Shown one piece after another: positions 27,413 to 37,038 of a DNA stretch of 64,000 bases. A program made the translations under genes and the position numbers. Source of the DNA: a virus. Lineage: Duplodnaviria; Caudoviricetes. Location of the stretch: IMG/VR virus record IMGVR_UViG_3300035180_001680; one strand, written 5' to 3'. The notes below the pieces were generated by a model. It did not search any database, was not told where the DNA came from, and saw nothing but the letters and a program-made list of their open reading frames with translations. The first letter of the stretch is position 1; every line of letters starts with the position of its first letter.

Positions 27413-28510
27413 ATGTCACTGAACAAAAAAGTTAAACCCGAAAAGACGTTTCGGGTTTTAGTTGAACACGGCCCAACTCAATCCGAATCAACGATTTATA
27501 TAGTCAAAGCAAGGAGCGTTCAAGAAGCTAGTGCTCATGCTTTGGAAATACATATAAACGATAATCCCTCTCATCACCCTGTAGCACCACTTTCCACTAT
27601 AACTGTCTTCAAAGAAGGTGGTAACGCTTTACGTAATTCTAAAGTCACCAGAATTCCAAAAGAAGAAGTTTCTTCAACGGTAAAATATGTCAGTACCCTC
27701 TCTGGTGTTCCACTCGAAGATTTACATATTCTTGGTTCAACAGGGAAAAATAAAACAAGTGGAGACATGGATTTGGGTATTGATGTAAACAAATATGATC
27801 CGGAACAGCTTCACCAACTAATGGTTGATAAGCTTGGGACAGACTACGCTACCTACAATAAAGGGAACAAAATAGGGAGTTATGCAGTTCCTATTGGAGG
27901 GAATATTCAGAAAGGTCTTGTTCAAGTTGATTTTATGTATGTTCAAAACACCGAATGGGCGAAGTTTTCATATTTTTCTGCCGGGGAACAAAAATCAAAA
28001 TTTAAAGGTGTTGTGAGAACTATATTACTTCGTTCTATCGCTTCTGCTTTATACGAAGAAGGTGTCGATATGCTCATATATGATGCTCAAACAAATGACC
28101 TTATAATCCGTATCGGTCGTTCAATGGATATGACTTGTGGTCTCCGTAGAATTTTTCAACTTCGGCCAAAGAAGAAACGTGGTGAAGGTTATTTGGTTTC
28201 AATGAAAACAGTAACACTTGAAGAATTAGAAGCAACATACCCAGGTTTAAATTTTGATAAAATTAAAAAATTTGAAACTGTTGATACACCTGATGATGCG
28301 TTAAAGATAATGTTTGGTTTTCCTGTAAAAACGTCTCAAGTTGAAACTGCTGAACAGATTATTCAATTGATTGAACAAATGCCCATAAATAAACAAATGA
28401 TTATAAAGCAAAAATCAAAAGAACATCTAATGGATTCTGGTAAATTTACAGAAGATCAAGTGAGTGATTTGTTTAAAGGAAGACAAGATGAAAATAAAGG
28501 ACTTGTTTGA
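27413..28510 (+). CDS. Pol-beta-superfamily nucleotidyltransferase-like protein
   Basis: LGSTGK..TSGDMDLGID (GS...DxD) and VQVDFM third acidic residue. Confidence 0.7.
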   Translation: MSLNKKVKPEKTFRVLVEHGPTQSESTIYIVKARSVQEASAHALEIHINDNPSHHPVAPLSTITVFKEGGNALRNSKVTRIPKEEVSSTVKYVSTLSGVPLEDLHILGSTGKNKTSGDMDLGIDVNKYDPEQLHQLMVDKLGTDYATYNKGNKIGSYAVPIGGNIQKGLVQVDFMYVQNTEWAKFSYFSAGEQKSKFKGVVRTILLRSIASALYEEGVDMLIYDAQTNDLIIRIGRSMDMTCGLRRIFQLRPKKKRGEGYLVSMKTVTLEELEATYPGLNFDKIKKFETVDTPDDALKIMFGFPVKTSQVETAEQIIQLIEQMPINKQMIIKQKSKEHLMDSGKFTEDQVSDLFKGRQDENKGLV

Positions 28511-29096
28511 ATTAACTGGAGCAGATTCATATCGTAGAGTTGTTTCTATAGAAAAGTCACATTCAGGTAAAGATACCAAAGAAACAAAAGTGTTAGGCAA
28601 AGGTTCTCAAGGTATTGCCGTTGAACGAACCAAAAAAACCAATATGGTAACAAAAGTTTTTGGAATAAATTCTGAATACGATGGGTTCTTGAGTTTTGTT
28701 AGATTGGCTCAAAGAAGGCGCAATATTCATTTTCCTCGGTTCGAAAATCTACGAATATATGATAAGCCTTTTATAAGTAGTGATGTAACCTTTAAAAAAA
28801 CAGCTGCTGTTGATATGGAAAAGCTTGTTCCATTAGATAATGAAAAAGTCAAAGATGCTGTTGAAGCAAAATTGAAAAGTTATGGTGTATTACTTAAAGA
28901 TGACAAGTTGGGGCGTGGGTTTAGTTTAGATAGAATAAATGCTGATGCAATTAAAGATGCGCACTTCAAACACGCAGTTCAACTAGTTAGAGAACTTTCA
29001 AATTTTACTGATATGGGTTCACGGAATATAATGGTGAGAGTTACTTCAACAGGACCACAGATAGTATTAATGGACCCAATATATAATCCACTGTAA
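28488..29096 (+). CDS. Protein kinase-like protein with putative capsid-targeting leader
   Basis: VLGKGSQGIA Gly loop, VTKVF Lys, DMGSRNIM catalytic loop, VLMDP; N-terminus MKIKDLFE. Confidence 0.7.
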   Translation: MKIKDLFELTGADSYRRVVSIEKSHSGKDTKETKVLGKGSQGIAVERTKKTNMVTKVFGINSEYDGFLSFVRLAQRRRNIHFPRFENLRIYDKPFISSDVTFKKTAAVDMEKLVPLDNEKVKDAVEAKLKSYGVLLKDDKLGRGFSLDRINADAIKDAHFKHAVQLVRELSNFTDMGSRNIMVRVTSTGPQIVLMDPIYNPL

Positions 29097-29105
29097 GGAA
29101 CAATT

Positions 29106-29522
29106 ATGAAACTTCGTGACTTAACAGAGATGGCTGCTGTATCTTTTACCAAGGTTCGTTCAATTTTTAAAAGTAACTTTGCAAAACGAAAATTAGAACT
29201 TGGACTTCCAACTCACTCACATGAGAGGGCGGTTGATGGTGAACGTGGAGATAGTATAGCAGAAGAAGATTTGATTCAAGCTCTCCAAAAATTCTTAAAA
29301 AAATTTGATGCACATTCTGGAGACGTTGAGAAAGTGTTTAAGCAAGCTGAACAAGACGAATCGGTCGAAGTGACGTTTCGATATGCGATTGATGATACAT
29401 TTGTTAATTTTCCCACTGTAATCAAGCATTTAGGGAACGGTCGTTATAAATTTATAATCAAAACACTTATGGTTAAAAAGAATTTTAAAACACATGAAAA
29501 TGATATTGTAATAAATCTTTGA
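29106..29522 (+). CDS. Hypothetical, putative virion-packaged protein
   Basis: N-terminus MKLRDLTE. Confidence 0.6.
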   Translation: MKLRDLTEMAAVSFTKVRSIFKSNFAKRKLELGLPTHSHERAVDGERGDSIAEEDLIQALQKFLKKFDAHSGDVEKVFKQAEQDESVEVTFRYAIDDTFVNFPTVIKHLGNGRYKFIIKTLMVKKNFKTHENDIVINL

Positions 29523-29528
29523 TATTAG

Positions 29529-29536
29529 TATAAATA
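29529..29536 (+). promoter_or_regulatory. T4-like late promoter TATAAATA
   Basis: Exact motif upstream of a GGAG RBS. Confidence 0.6.
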
Positions 29537-29561
29537 CTTCTAAATTCAGCGGAGTATTATT

Positions 29562-29930
29562 GTGCCTCAAGCATATGTAAACAAATTAGCTAAAAAACAT
29601 GGGATGGGTGTATCTACAGCAGAACGTAGATGGAATCGCGCAAAAGATGCAGCTAAAAGTGAAGGTCGTGGTGAAGACTATGCTTATATTACAGGGATAT
29701 TTAAAAAAATGATGAATGAAGGATATAACAGTAAGCGGGAACACGAATATAATATGGATGCAGATCAACGTGAAATGGATAGTCGAGATGCACAAGAAGA
29801 AGATATGAGTGACGCATATATTGACCCAAAGACTTACGAAATCAAGTCTAAGAAAAAAGTTAAAAAACCAGTCGTTGGAGAAAAATTTACCTTTAAAGAT
29901 TTTCTTATGTTAGAACAAGGAGTTAAATGA
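29562..29930 (+). CDS. Hypothetical protein, probably virion-associated
   Basis: Late promoter; GTG start; C-terminal FTFKDFLMLE. Confidence 0.6.
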   Translation: MPQAYVNKLAKKHGMGVSTAERRWNRAKDAAKSEGRGEDYAYITGIFKKMMNEGYNSKREHEYNMDADQREMDSRDAQEEDMSDAYIDPKTYEIKSKKKVKKPVVGEKFTFKDFLMLEQGVK

Positions 29931-30199
29931 TGTCTACAGTAACATATAAATATGATCCTGGAACAACTGTTAGTGTGTTAATTCCTGGAAGTTGTCCATC
30001 AACTTATACTGCTGAAATGGCAGTTGTTAATCGTGTTGATATCGTCGTTTCTCCTGTGGCACCAACGTTATCAATTAGTTATGTTGTTACACTATCATCC
30101 ACAAATGTTGTTAAGACTATTAATGAAGTGGATACGTTTGTAGATAAACCAACTGCTGTCCTTGAAGCTGTTTCTCGTTATCAATCTACATTTAATTAA
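29927..30199 (+). CDS. Hypothetical protein
   Basis: Coupled ORF. Confidence 0.6.
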   Translation: MMSTVTYKYDPGTTVSVLIPGSCPSTYTAEMAVVNRVDIVVSPVAPTLSISYVVTLSSTNVVKTINEVDTFVDKPTAVLEAVSRYQSTFN

Positions 30200-30210
30200 G
30201 GAATTGGGAA

Positions 30211-30360
30211 ATGAAATTATTAAAAGAACTTTCTAACTTGTATGAAAAAAGCGAAAAAGCCAGTGTGAACAAAAATGTGGCAGCTAAAGTATATCATAGA
30301 GATTATGTGAAAACCAAAACACGAAAGTATCGTAAATATAAACCCGAAGAAAACAAATAG
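30211..30360 (+). CDS. Small basic protein with MKLLKEL leader
   Basis: MKLLKELSNLYE...AKVYHRDYVKTKTRKYRKY; followed by a terminator. Confidence 0.6.
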   Translation: MKLLKELSNLYEKSEKASVNKNVAAKVYHRDYVKTKTRKYRKYKPEENK

Positions 30361-30377
30361 ATCGAAATAACGAAAAT

Positions 30378-30403
30378 AAAAAGGGCACTCTGTTGCCCTT
30401 TTT
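30378..30403 (+). terminator. Intrinsic terminator
   Basis: aaaagggca-ctctgt-tgcccttttt. Confidence 0.75.
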
Positions 30404-30442
30404 GTGTTTATGATGTATATTCTTTAAAAGAGTAAGAAATAT

Positions 30443-30664
30443 ATGTGGAAGATACTTCGAGGGACATTTGAGTATGATTTGTTTTTGAAACATATTCAAC
30501 AAACAGAACAAATAGCATCATGTTGTATTTTTAATTCACCCAAGGATTATCCCTGTCTCGTAAAACAGACATATATAGAAGAAGCAGTTGTAGGAATAAC
30601 GTTTGTGTACGTAACAGACGCGAAAGCGTTTATCAATATAGTTAACAATGGAGGTGTATTATGA
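30443..30664 (+). CDS. Hypothetical protein
   Basis: ORF track. Confidence 0.5.
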   Translation: MWKILRGTFEYDLFLKHIQQTEQIASCCIFNSPKDYPCLVKQTYIEEAVVGITFVYVTDAKAFINIVNNGGVL

Positions 30665-30750
30665 TGTAGATTTGCAAAACTGGGCCACCATAAGAGTTGG
30701 TTGTAATTTATTGTACAATACAAAAACAACTTTTAACCTTATGGAGAATT

Positions 30751-31161
30751 ATGATGAAATCAATTTTTGAAACAAAAGAGCAGTACCTTCAATTTAAAGC
30801 TGTTTGGAAACAGGCAGCAAACACAAAAAAATTAACAGCTTTTCACTTCGCATTTTATTGTGCAGTTATGGGGAAAGATCCGTTTAAAGCATTCACTCCC
30901 GTTACAAACTTAAACAAATTAAAAAACAATTGTGGTAATTTTTCTTATTTTAATGTTGCAGATGTCTATTATTCCGTAGTATCTATGGCAAAAATTGCAA
31001 CACAAGAAAAAGTGTCTCACACTTTTACGCGTAATATTCAACCACTTTTTGGTGATATAATTACAGTAGAAATGGTAGCTTCTTTATTACCTCGTTTGGA
31101 AGAAACGTTTAATGATATGATGAAACTTCACCCATACTATAATAAAGGACTTGTAATATGA
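30751..31161 (+). CDS. Hypothetical protein
   Basis: GGAGA RBS. Confidence 0.65.
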   Translation: MMKSIFETKEQYLQFKAVWKQAANTKKLTAFHFAFYCAVMGKDPFKAFTPVTNLNKLKNNCGNFSYFNVADVYYSVVSMAKIATQEKVSHTFTRNIQPLFGDIITVEMVASLLPRLEETFNDMMKLHPYYNKGLVI

Positions 31162-31496
31162 TAGAACCAAAAATTACAGAACAACAGATTCATCGCGCCG
31201 TTCGTAATATTTTGTTTAATGAACTTGGACTATCTCGTGAAGGAATTGAACAGATAGTTCGTGATGAAGTTGAAAAAATAACTGAACGAACATTAGAACA
31301 CCACCTCCTTGGAGGTGGGTGGTTCTCTCAAAGAGTGTTATATTTCGTTACAAATATACTCAAAAATGGATATAGAAAATCTGAGTATCACCAAAGTAAT
31401 ATTTCATTTGAAGATTATATTATGCAAGAGGTTAAAGCTCAAGTTAAAGAACGAGTATTAAACAATTTTAAATTTAAAATTGTATTGGAGGATTAA
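31158..31496 (+). CDS. Hypothetical protein
   Basis: Coupled ORF. Confidence 0.65.
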   Translation: MIEPKITEQQIHRAVRNILFNELGLSREGIEQIVRDEVEKITERTLEHHLLGGGWFSQRVLYFVTNILKNGYRKSEYHQSNISFEDYIMQEVKAQVKERVLNNFKFKIVLED

Positions 31497-31497
31497 A

Positions 31498-31956
31498 ATG
31501 ATTAATTATACTTTAATTGGATATTTACCCAGTGCAGAAGGAAGTTGGTCTCGGTGTGGTTATTATGAACAAGATGAACAAGAATCCAATCTTGAAATTT
31601 ATTATTTTCAAGATTCACATGAGGTCGTAAAGAAGTGGGGTGAAATGATGTATGCTTGGGAAAGTGCAAGAAGTTATCCTGAATTTACTCTTCTGTGTAA
31701 TGGTTTGGATATGTCTGAAGCTGAATATGGTTCAACAGTGGAAAAAGAGTGGGATAAGATTTCGGCTGATGCACAAGAAGAGTGTTCGCGACTTCGTAAA
31801 GAAAAATTGGATAAAGATTCAAAAGTTCTTGAAGAGAAACGTTTAAAAGAAGAAGCAGAACAAGCAGTTCGAGATGAACAAAACCGGTTGGCAAAAGAAA
31901 AAAGAGAACGCGCAGAATTTGAAAGATTACAACAAAAATATGGATATGGGATATAA
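31498..31956 (+). CDS. Hypothetical protein with charged coiled-coil C-terminus
   Basis: GGAGGA RBS. Confidence 0.65.
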   Translation: MINYTLIGYLPSAEGSWSRCGYYEQDEQESNLEIYYFQDSHEVVKKWGEMMYAWESARSYPEFTLLCNGLDMSEAEYGSTVEKEWDKISADAQEECSRLRKEKLDKDSKVLEEKRLKEEAEQAVRDEQNRLAKEKRERAEFERLQQKYGYGI

Positions 31957-32092
31957 TAATGAAAACAGAATATACACAAAATCAACACCCAATTGAGTTA
32001 TTAAAGAACTCAATCTGTGCTTTGTTTGGGTAAATTCTGTACTTAAACGAAATCATAAATAGTTTATTATATCACTTGTATTCATATATATG

Positions 32093-32255
32093 TATGTTAA
32101 TTCATTCGAAGCATTTGGATATTTTGCTTGTTAAGTTGGAGACGCAAGCAGAGAAACAATTCAGCGTTATATTGAAACTCAAGGTGGTCGTCCACAACTA
32201 ATTCATCCCAGATGTTGAAGCATCTGGGGTTTTCTTAGTTGAGAGATTGATAAAT
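32093..32255 (+). mobile_element. Internally deleted IS200-like remnant (MITE-like)
   Basis: tnpA start (atgttaattcattc) joined to ~140 bp nearly identical to the tnpA 3' end and terminal hairpin at 61417-61556 (reverse strand); TCA changed to TAA. Confidence 0.88.
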
Positions 32256-32278
32256 ACATAAAATACTCGGTGTATTAT

Positions 32279-32428
32279 ATGGAAATAAAAGAAAAAAAGT
32301 TAACACAGATAGTCATTACACAACAAAAATATATAAAAGACTTGGAAAGAAGACTTCGTATTGAACGTAGGAAGTCTTCTTCTCTTGAATTAAAAGTATC
32401 ACAAATAACTAGAAAAAAGGAGTCCTAA
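32279..32428 (+). CDS. Small basic coiled-coil protein
   Basis: 49-aa ORF read by eye. Confidence 0.45.
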   Translation: MEIKEKKLTQIVITQQKYIKDLERRLRIERRKSSSLELKVSQITRKKES

Positions 32429-32429
32429 C

Positions 32430-32885
32430 ATGAGTGGAACGTTAATAATGAAAATGGTGTTTAAATTTGTTGCTGATTATTGGCAAATAATTGTATTGGC
32501 TTTACTTGTTATATTCCTCTTTTTCTATTGGCATAACAGAACAAAGTTAATCGAGGACCAACAATCACAAATTTCAACTTTAACAACGGATCTTGCTACG
32601 GAAAAAACAAACTGTAAAAGAGACAAACAGTTATTAGTTGAACAAATAACACAACAAAATGTTGCTATTCAGGCATTCCAAAATCAGGTAAACAATAACC
32701 AACATAAACTTGATCAAGTAAACAGTGATATCATTAGAATGCGTAAGGCGTATGGTAAAGAAATGGATAGCATATTCGCTGAAACTACTCCAAAAGATTG
32801 TTCTGCAGCAATTAAATATTTGATTGACGCAGCAGGAAGTTTCGATGAAAGTAAATCATATAAACCTGTGGGAGAGAAAAAATGA
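32430..32885 (+). CDS. Putative i-spanin (Rz-like)
   Basis: N-terminal TM, periplasmic coiled coil and C-terminal Cys; overlaps a lipoprotein gene. Confidence 0.6.
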   Translation: MSGTLIMKMVFKFVADYWQIIVLALLVIFLFFYWHNRTKLIEDQQSQISTLTTDLATEKTNCKRDKQLLVEQITQQNVAIQAFQNQVNNNQHKLDQVNSDIIRMRKAYGKEMDSIFAETTPKDCSAAIKYLIDAAGSFDESKSYKPVGEKK

Positions 32886-33268
32886 GATATTTTTTATTTG
32901 TTTTTACATTATTTATTTTGGTGGGATGTGGTAACAATCCTCAAAAACCCGATCCAACAATTCAAAACGTTTCAGTAGATAAGCCCATTTTATATTGTCC
33001 AAATCCACCAGATGTTTCTTTGGGTCGGTTAGTGACGTCTGATTTAAGTCCAGCAGATATAAGTGAACCAGGTAAAGTTGCTAAATATTATAAAGCTGTT
33101 GTGATTCAATTGCTCGGTGAAATTCATTCGAGAGATGTAATAATTCAAGCTTATAAGGATTTACAACATGTACAAAATGTAAATCCAGCATTAAAACCAA
33201 CAGACATAAATGCTTTATTTAATGAAAGTATAAAAAACGAAATTGATAGTACCAAGAAAAGTAATTAG
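32882..33268 (+). CDS. Putative o-spanin (Rz1-like lipoprotein)
   Basis: Lipobox LVGC; Pro-rich; adjacent to the i-spanin candidate. Confidence 0.6.
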   Translation: MRYFLFVFTLFILVGCGNNPQKPDPTIQNVSVDKPILYCPNPPDVSLGRLVTSDLSPADISEPGKVAKYYKAVVIQLLGEIHSRDVIIQAYKDLQHVQNVNPALKPTDINALFNESIKNEIDSTKKSN

Positions 33269-33291
33269 TTTTATATGAGGAACGGTTTAAT

Positions 33292-33837
33292 ATGAATTTT
33301 ATTGATTTTATTTCAGAAGGTGTGGCAAAAACATTCGATGATTTTGACACATGGTCGAAAGCTGTTCGGTCACTTGGAGCCAAGAGTTTGGTTTTGTCTG
33401 CTAATAAACGAAAACGTATCGCAATAAGCGATATTACTATTCCATTATTGAAAAAGTTCGGAGAGTGGGATGAAAAACATGAAGAAGGTGTTACGTTTTC
33501 AATCCGTTTACCTGTGAGACGAGAAGAACTTTCAGTTAGTTCTGTTGTTCCTTTAAAAGAAAGTGATGACGTTGAAGATCAAATTCCATATGGGAAAAAT
33601 GAAGAAATTCGAAAACTAATTAAGAAGGGAGCTATGGACCCTGATCATGAATGGAAAGATGCACTCGATTTGGTCCACAGAGCATATGAAGTTGCTGATG
33701 TTGAACGTCCTGTCCCCTCTATGAGAGATGCTTGGGAGCAGTATGAAGCCAATTTACTATATTCAGTTCAGATGTTACAGAAAGCAACTGATAAAGGAAT
33801 TCGAAGCGATAGTTGGAAATCAATATTCGACTCATAA
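33292..33837 (+). CDS. Putative internal virion protein
   Basis: N-terminus MNFIDFISE; internal LKES site. Confidence 0.6.
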   Translation: MNFIDFISEGVAKTFDDFDTWSKAVRSLGAKSLVLSANKRKRIAISDITIPLLKKFGEWDEKHEEGVTFSIRLPVRREELSVSSVVPLKESDDVEDQIPYGKNEEIRKLIKKGAMDPDHEWKDALDLVHRAYEVADVERPVPSMRDAWEQYEANLLYSVQMLQKATDKGIRSDSWKSIFDS

Positions 33838-33863
33838 ATAAATTAACAAACTCGGAGTAAAAT

Positions 33864-35396
33864 ATGTCTCTTATTAATGACCTTTCAAAATTGGCTGGTG
33901 TTCAAATCAAAAAAACAACAAAATTAAAAACGGAATCTGTGGAACCTGATAAAGATTTCTCTCCAGAAGAGATGAAGTTTGTCCGTCACGCTGTTGTTCA
34001 AACGTTAAAATATCTTGAGAGAGAAGCTCGAAATGCACAACGACCTTCTTTAACAAAACTATACAAACAAGATGCTGATGACTATGATCATATTCTTGAA
34101 TTGGTTATGCAAGGCCACAGGGATGCTGCAAAAAGAGCATGGGCTAATTTAGATACAGGCTCGAAAGATCATATATTTGATGTAGTAAAAGATTCTGAAG
34201 CTCGAACTGTTGTTGCAAAATACCTTGGTGCGAAGTTGTTACACGAGAGTGAACAATTTTTGAAAGAATCAGAAAACAAAGAATTTTGTGTTGTTCTTGA
34301 TGCTACAGAAAATTCTACGTTCGGGGACGTATATGCTGAAGTTACGGCATCCCAACTTAAAAATATTATTATTGGTACACCTAAAGATAAGTTGGGGGAG
34401 ATTTCTATTTTTCCAATATCCCAGAAAAAACAAGCCCAGGATTTAGCACAAAATCGTCTTCATGATTCAAAACTTGCTCCTGAAGATGAAGAAGAATATG
34501 ATAATGCCCAACACACTAAAAAGGAATCGTTAGATTTGGAAACGTTAAATCAGCTTAATGAGATATCCAAAAAGACGTTAAGTTCATATATCAAAAAAGC
34601 TGTTGATGATGTTTCGTATAATTCATTTACAGCAGGTGAAATGAGTCCCAGAAACCCTGCTAGACCAAAGGTTGATAAAAAAGCGTTTAAACGTCAAGCA
34701 GGAATTGAAAAGGCTGTCGATAAGTTAACCAAGGAATCTGTGAATCCAACGAATCATATGGGAGAAAGAACTTTTCAAACATTTGCTGGATGGAAAAAAG
34801 CTTGTAAACAAGTTAATTCGGAAGTTTGGTTTGACGGTGACGCAGACATAGCTCAAGCTATGGTTGGACCAAAACCATACAAGAGAGGTGAAACAAAATC
34901 GATTGGAGAGTGGGATGGAGCAGAAGGTTCAATTTACAATTTAAACGAAAATGATGAACCAAAAGTTTCTCAACTTGATGATGAACAAGGGGACTTGGAA
35001 AAACAAGCCGAAACAAAACCAGAAACCGAAAAAGTGCCTTCTGAAGTCACAAAAGATTTAGGTGAAAAGATTAAAGAAATTAAATTTAAAATTGAACACC
35101 TTTCACATATAGACCCAACATATCAGTCACAGGGATATTGGGTTCAGTTTGTTATTGAACTTGAAAAAATTATGGACATGTTAAAGTTAGGAACAGATGA
35201 AGCATTTAAAGAGGTAGCGACAAAACTTCAGTCCTATGAAAATGTTGCTCTTGCAGAAATACCTGATAGTTTGTGGAAGTTCTTGTCTGTTGATATGTAT
35301 AAATCTCCTGAACAGAGAAAATCTGTTCCACTTACAAAGATATTCCGTGAAGTTAAGTATGGTAAGGATAACAATTATGTTAAAACAAGCACTTAA
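33864..35396 (+). CDS. Putative internal virion protein with multiple xxE|S-type cleavage-like sites
   Basis: TAAATA upstream; LKTES, LHES, LKES, LNEIS, TKES, LNEN motifs. Confidence 0.6.
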   Translation: MSLINDLSKLAGVQIKKTTKLKTESVEPDKDFSPEEMKFVRHAVVQTLKYLEREARNAQRPSLTKLYKQDADDYDHILELVMQGHRDAAKRAWANLDTGSKDHIFDVVKDSEARTVVAKYLGAKLLHESEQFLKESENKEFCVVLDATENSTFGDVYAEVTASQLKNIIIGTPKDKLGEISIFPISQKKQAQDLAQNRLHDSKLAPEDEEEYDNAQHTKKESLDLETLNQLNEISKKTLSSYIKKAVDDVSYNSFTAGEMSPRNPARPKVDKKAFKRQAGIEKAVDKLTKESVNPTNHMGERTFQTFAGWKKACKQVNSEVWFDGDADIAQAMVGPKPYKRGETKSIGEWDGAEGSIYNLNENDEPKVSQLDDEQGDLEKQAETKPETEKVPSEVTKDLGEKIKEIKFKIEHLSHIDPTYQSQGYWVQFVIELEKIMDMLKLGTDEAFKEVATKLQSYENVALAEIPDSLWKFLSVDMYKSPEQRKSVPLTKIFREVKYGKDNNYVKTST

Positions 35397-35676
35397 AATT
35401 GTAGAAGGTAAATATCTTGTTGAGACAGAAGAAGAAGAAAAATACGAAGAACAGAAAAAAGTTTATGGAAAAACCTTTGTTTTGGAAGGCTTTAAAGTTG
35501 ATGATATCGTTATTCCAAATGTTGGACCTCATAAAGGAATTAAACATAATGTTGTGGACGTCTTCGAAGATGGTTCATTAACAATTGAACCTGTTGGACT
35601 TTTGAAGAAAAATGTTCGGTATGTAAATGGTATTGTGGTAGCTGCACCAGAACAAGTTAGAAAAATTGATGAATAA
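35377..35676 (+). CDS. Hypothetical protein; frame stays open past the TAA to 35847
   Basis: 56 further sense codons follow the stop. Confidence 0.55.
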   Translation: MLKQALKIVEGKYLVETEEEEKYEEQKKVYGKTFVLEGFKVDDIVIPNVGPHKGIKHNVVDVFEDGSLTIEPVGLLKKNVRYVNGIVVAAPEQVRKIDE

Positions 35677-35880
35677 TCTAAAGATGCGTTTGTTTTTACA
35701 GTAAAAGATGGTAGTAAAGTAGTTGGAACATTAACTCTTTCAGGAATAGAAGCATCATATTACAACATCGATGGAAACCTTGGTGCTCGAGGGTGGGAAG
35801 TTCAACTCAAATCTCTTCCAGCTAAACTGAAAAAATCTATAAAATAAATACGTTGACATTTTGTGCTTTGTTGGGGTATT

Positions 35881-36288
35881 GTGAAAATAACACTTACAAA
35901 CTACCTCCTTAAAGAAATGTATATAGCACTCGTGTTGGATGAACGATCCAGGAAAATGTTGAAGGTTGACTTTCCGCCAAAATATGGTGACTTTATAGGT
36001 CATCACATAACACTTGATTTTGGTGTTCCAAAAAACACTCCTTTGCCAAAACATCAACATAAGACAGAAGTTGTTGGATATGCTGATGATGACAAAGGCA
36101 TAGAAGCGTTGGTGGTTTCTGTTAATGGGAAAGTACAAAGACCAGATGGTAGTTTATATCATATTACTTGGTCGTTAGATCGTTCCAAGGGGTATAAACC
36201 TGTGGATTCAAATAAATTGTTGACAAATGGGTACAGAACACTGGATAATCCCGTATTGTTGAAATCAAAAGTTGAATTACTTAGGTAA
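35881..36288 (+). CDS. 2H phosphoesterase-like protein
   Basis: GHHITLDFG and LYHITWS (two HxT motifs); start is GTG 35881 or ATG 35917. Confidence 0.75.
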   Translation: MKITLTNYLLKEMYIALVLDERSRKMLKVDFPPKYGDFIGHHITLDFGVPKNTPLPKHQHKTEVVGYADDDKGIEALVVSVNGKVQRPDGSLYHITWSLDRSKGYKPVDSNKLLTNGYRTLDNPVLLKSKVELLR

Positions 36289-36454
36289 GTAGACCTTTCT
36301 CCACCTGTACCCAGCATACGGTTTTTCTGCTTTTGTTATAAAAATAATGTTTCATCTTCTGTGTTGATTTTTTGCTTTGTTCGGTTAGAATAAACATTCA
36401 TTAAATCCTTTACAATTTTAAGTATTTGCAAATCAAATAGAAAGGCGTCCATAT

Positions 36455-36946
36455 ATGTTACTAAAAGAATTTTCACAACAAAAACGACAAGTTAAAATCT
36501 GGTGTGATTTGGATGGTTGCCTTTGCGCTTTTGACGCAGGTGTAAAGAAACTCACCGGAAAACTGCCCTCTGAACTTGCAAAGAAAGATATGTGGGAAGC
36601 GATTTACAGCATTCCTGACTTCTTTTCTACGCTTGATTGGGAACCTGATGGTAAAGCACTTTGGAATGCAATCAAGACGTATCATCCGACTATTCTTACT
36701 GGCCTACCAACAAGCAGGAACGGGAAAATGCAAAAAGAAGAATGGTGTAAAATCCATCTCGGTGAAAACGTTCCTGTAATCGTGTGTCCATCAAAAGATA
36801 AACACCTCTATGCAAAAGATGGATTTATTTTAATAGACGACCGGAATGATAATATAGAAGCTTGGAAACATGCTGGTGGTATTGGAATTCTTCATCGAAC
36901 CACCAAACACACTTTGGATGAGTTGGAGGATATTTTAAACAAATAG
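36455..36946 (+). CDS. HAD-family 5'(3')-deoxyribonucleotidase-like protein
   Basis: CDLDGCL, ILTG, K..W, LIDDR..N. Confidence 0.8.
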   Translation: MLLKEFSQQKRQVKIWCDLDGCLCAFDAGVKKLTGKLPSELAKKDMWEAIYSIPDFFSTLDWEPDGKALWNAIKTYHPTILTGLPTSRNGKMQKEEWCKIHLGENVPVIVCPSKDKHLYAKDGFILIDDRNDNIEAWKHAGGIGILHRTTKHTLDELEDILNK

Positions 36947-37038
36947 TGTTTTCTTTTTGATCATAAATAAATGAAACTGATATTATAATACCGGAATTAT
37001 CAGTTTCATTTTTTGTGAACCGGCACAGAGGAAAAACA

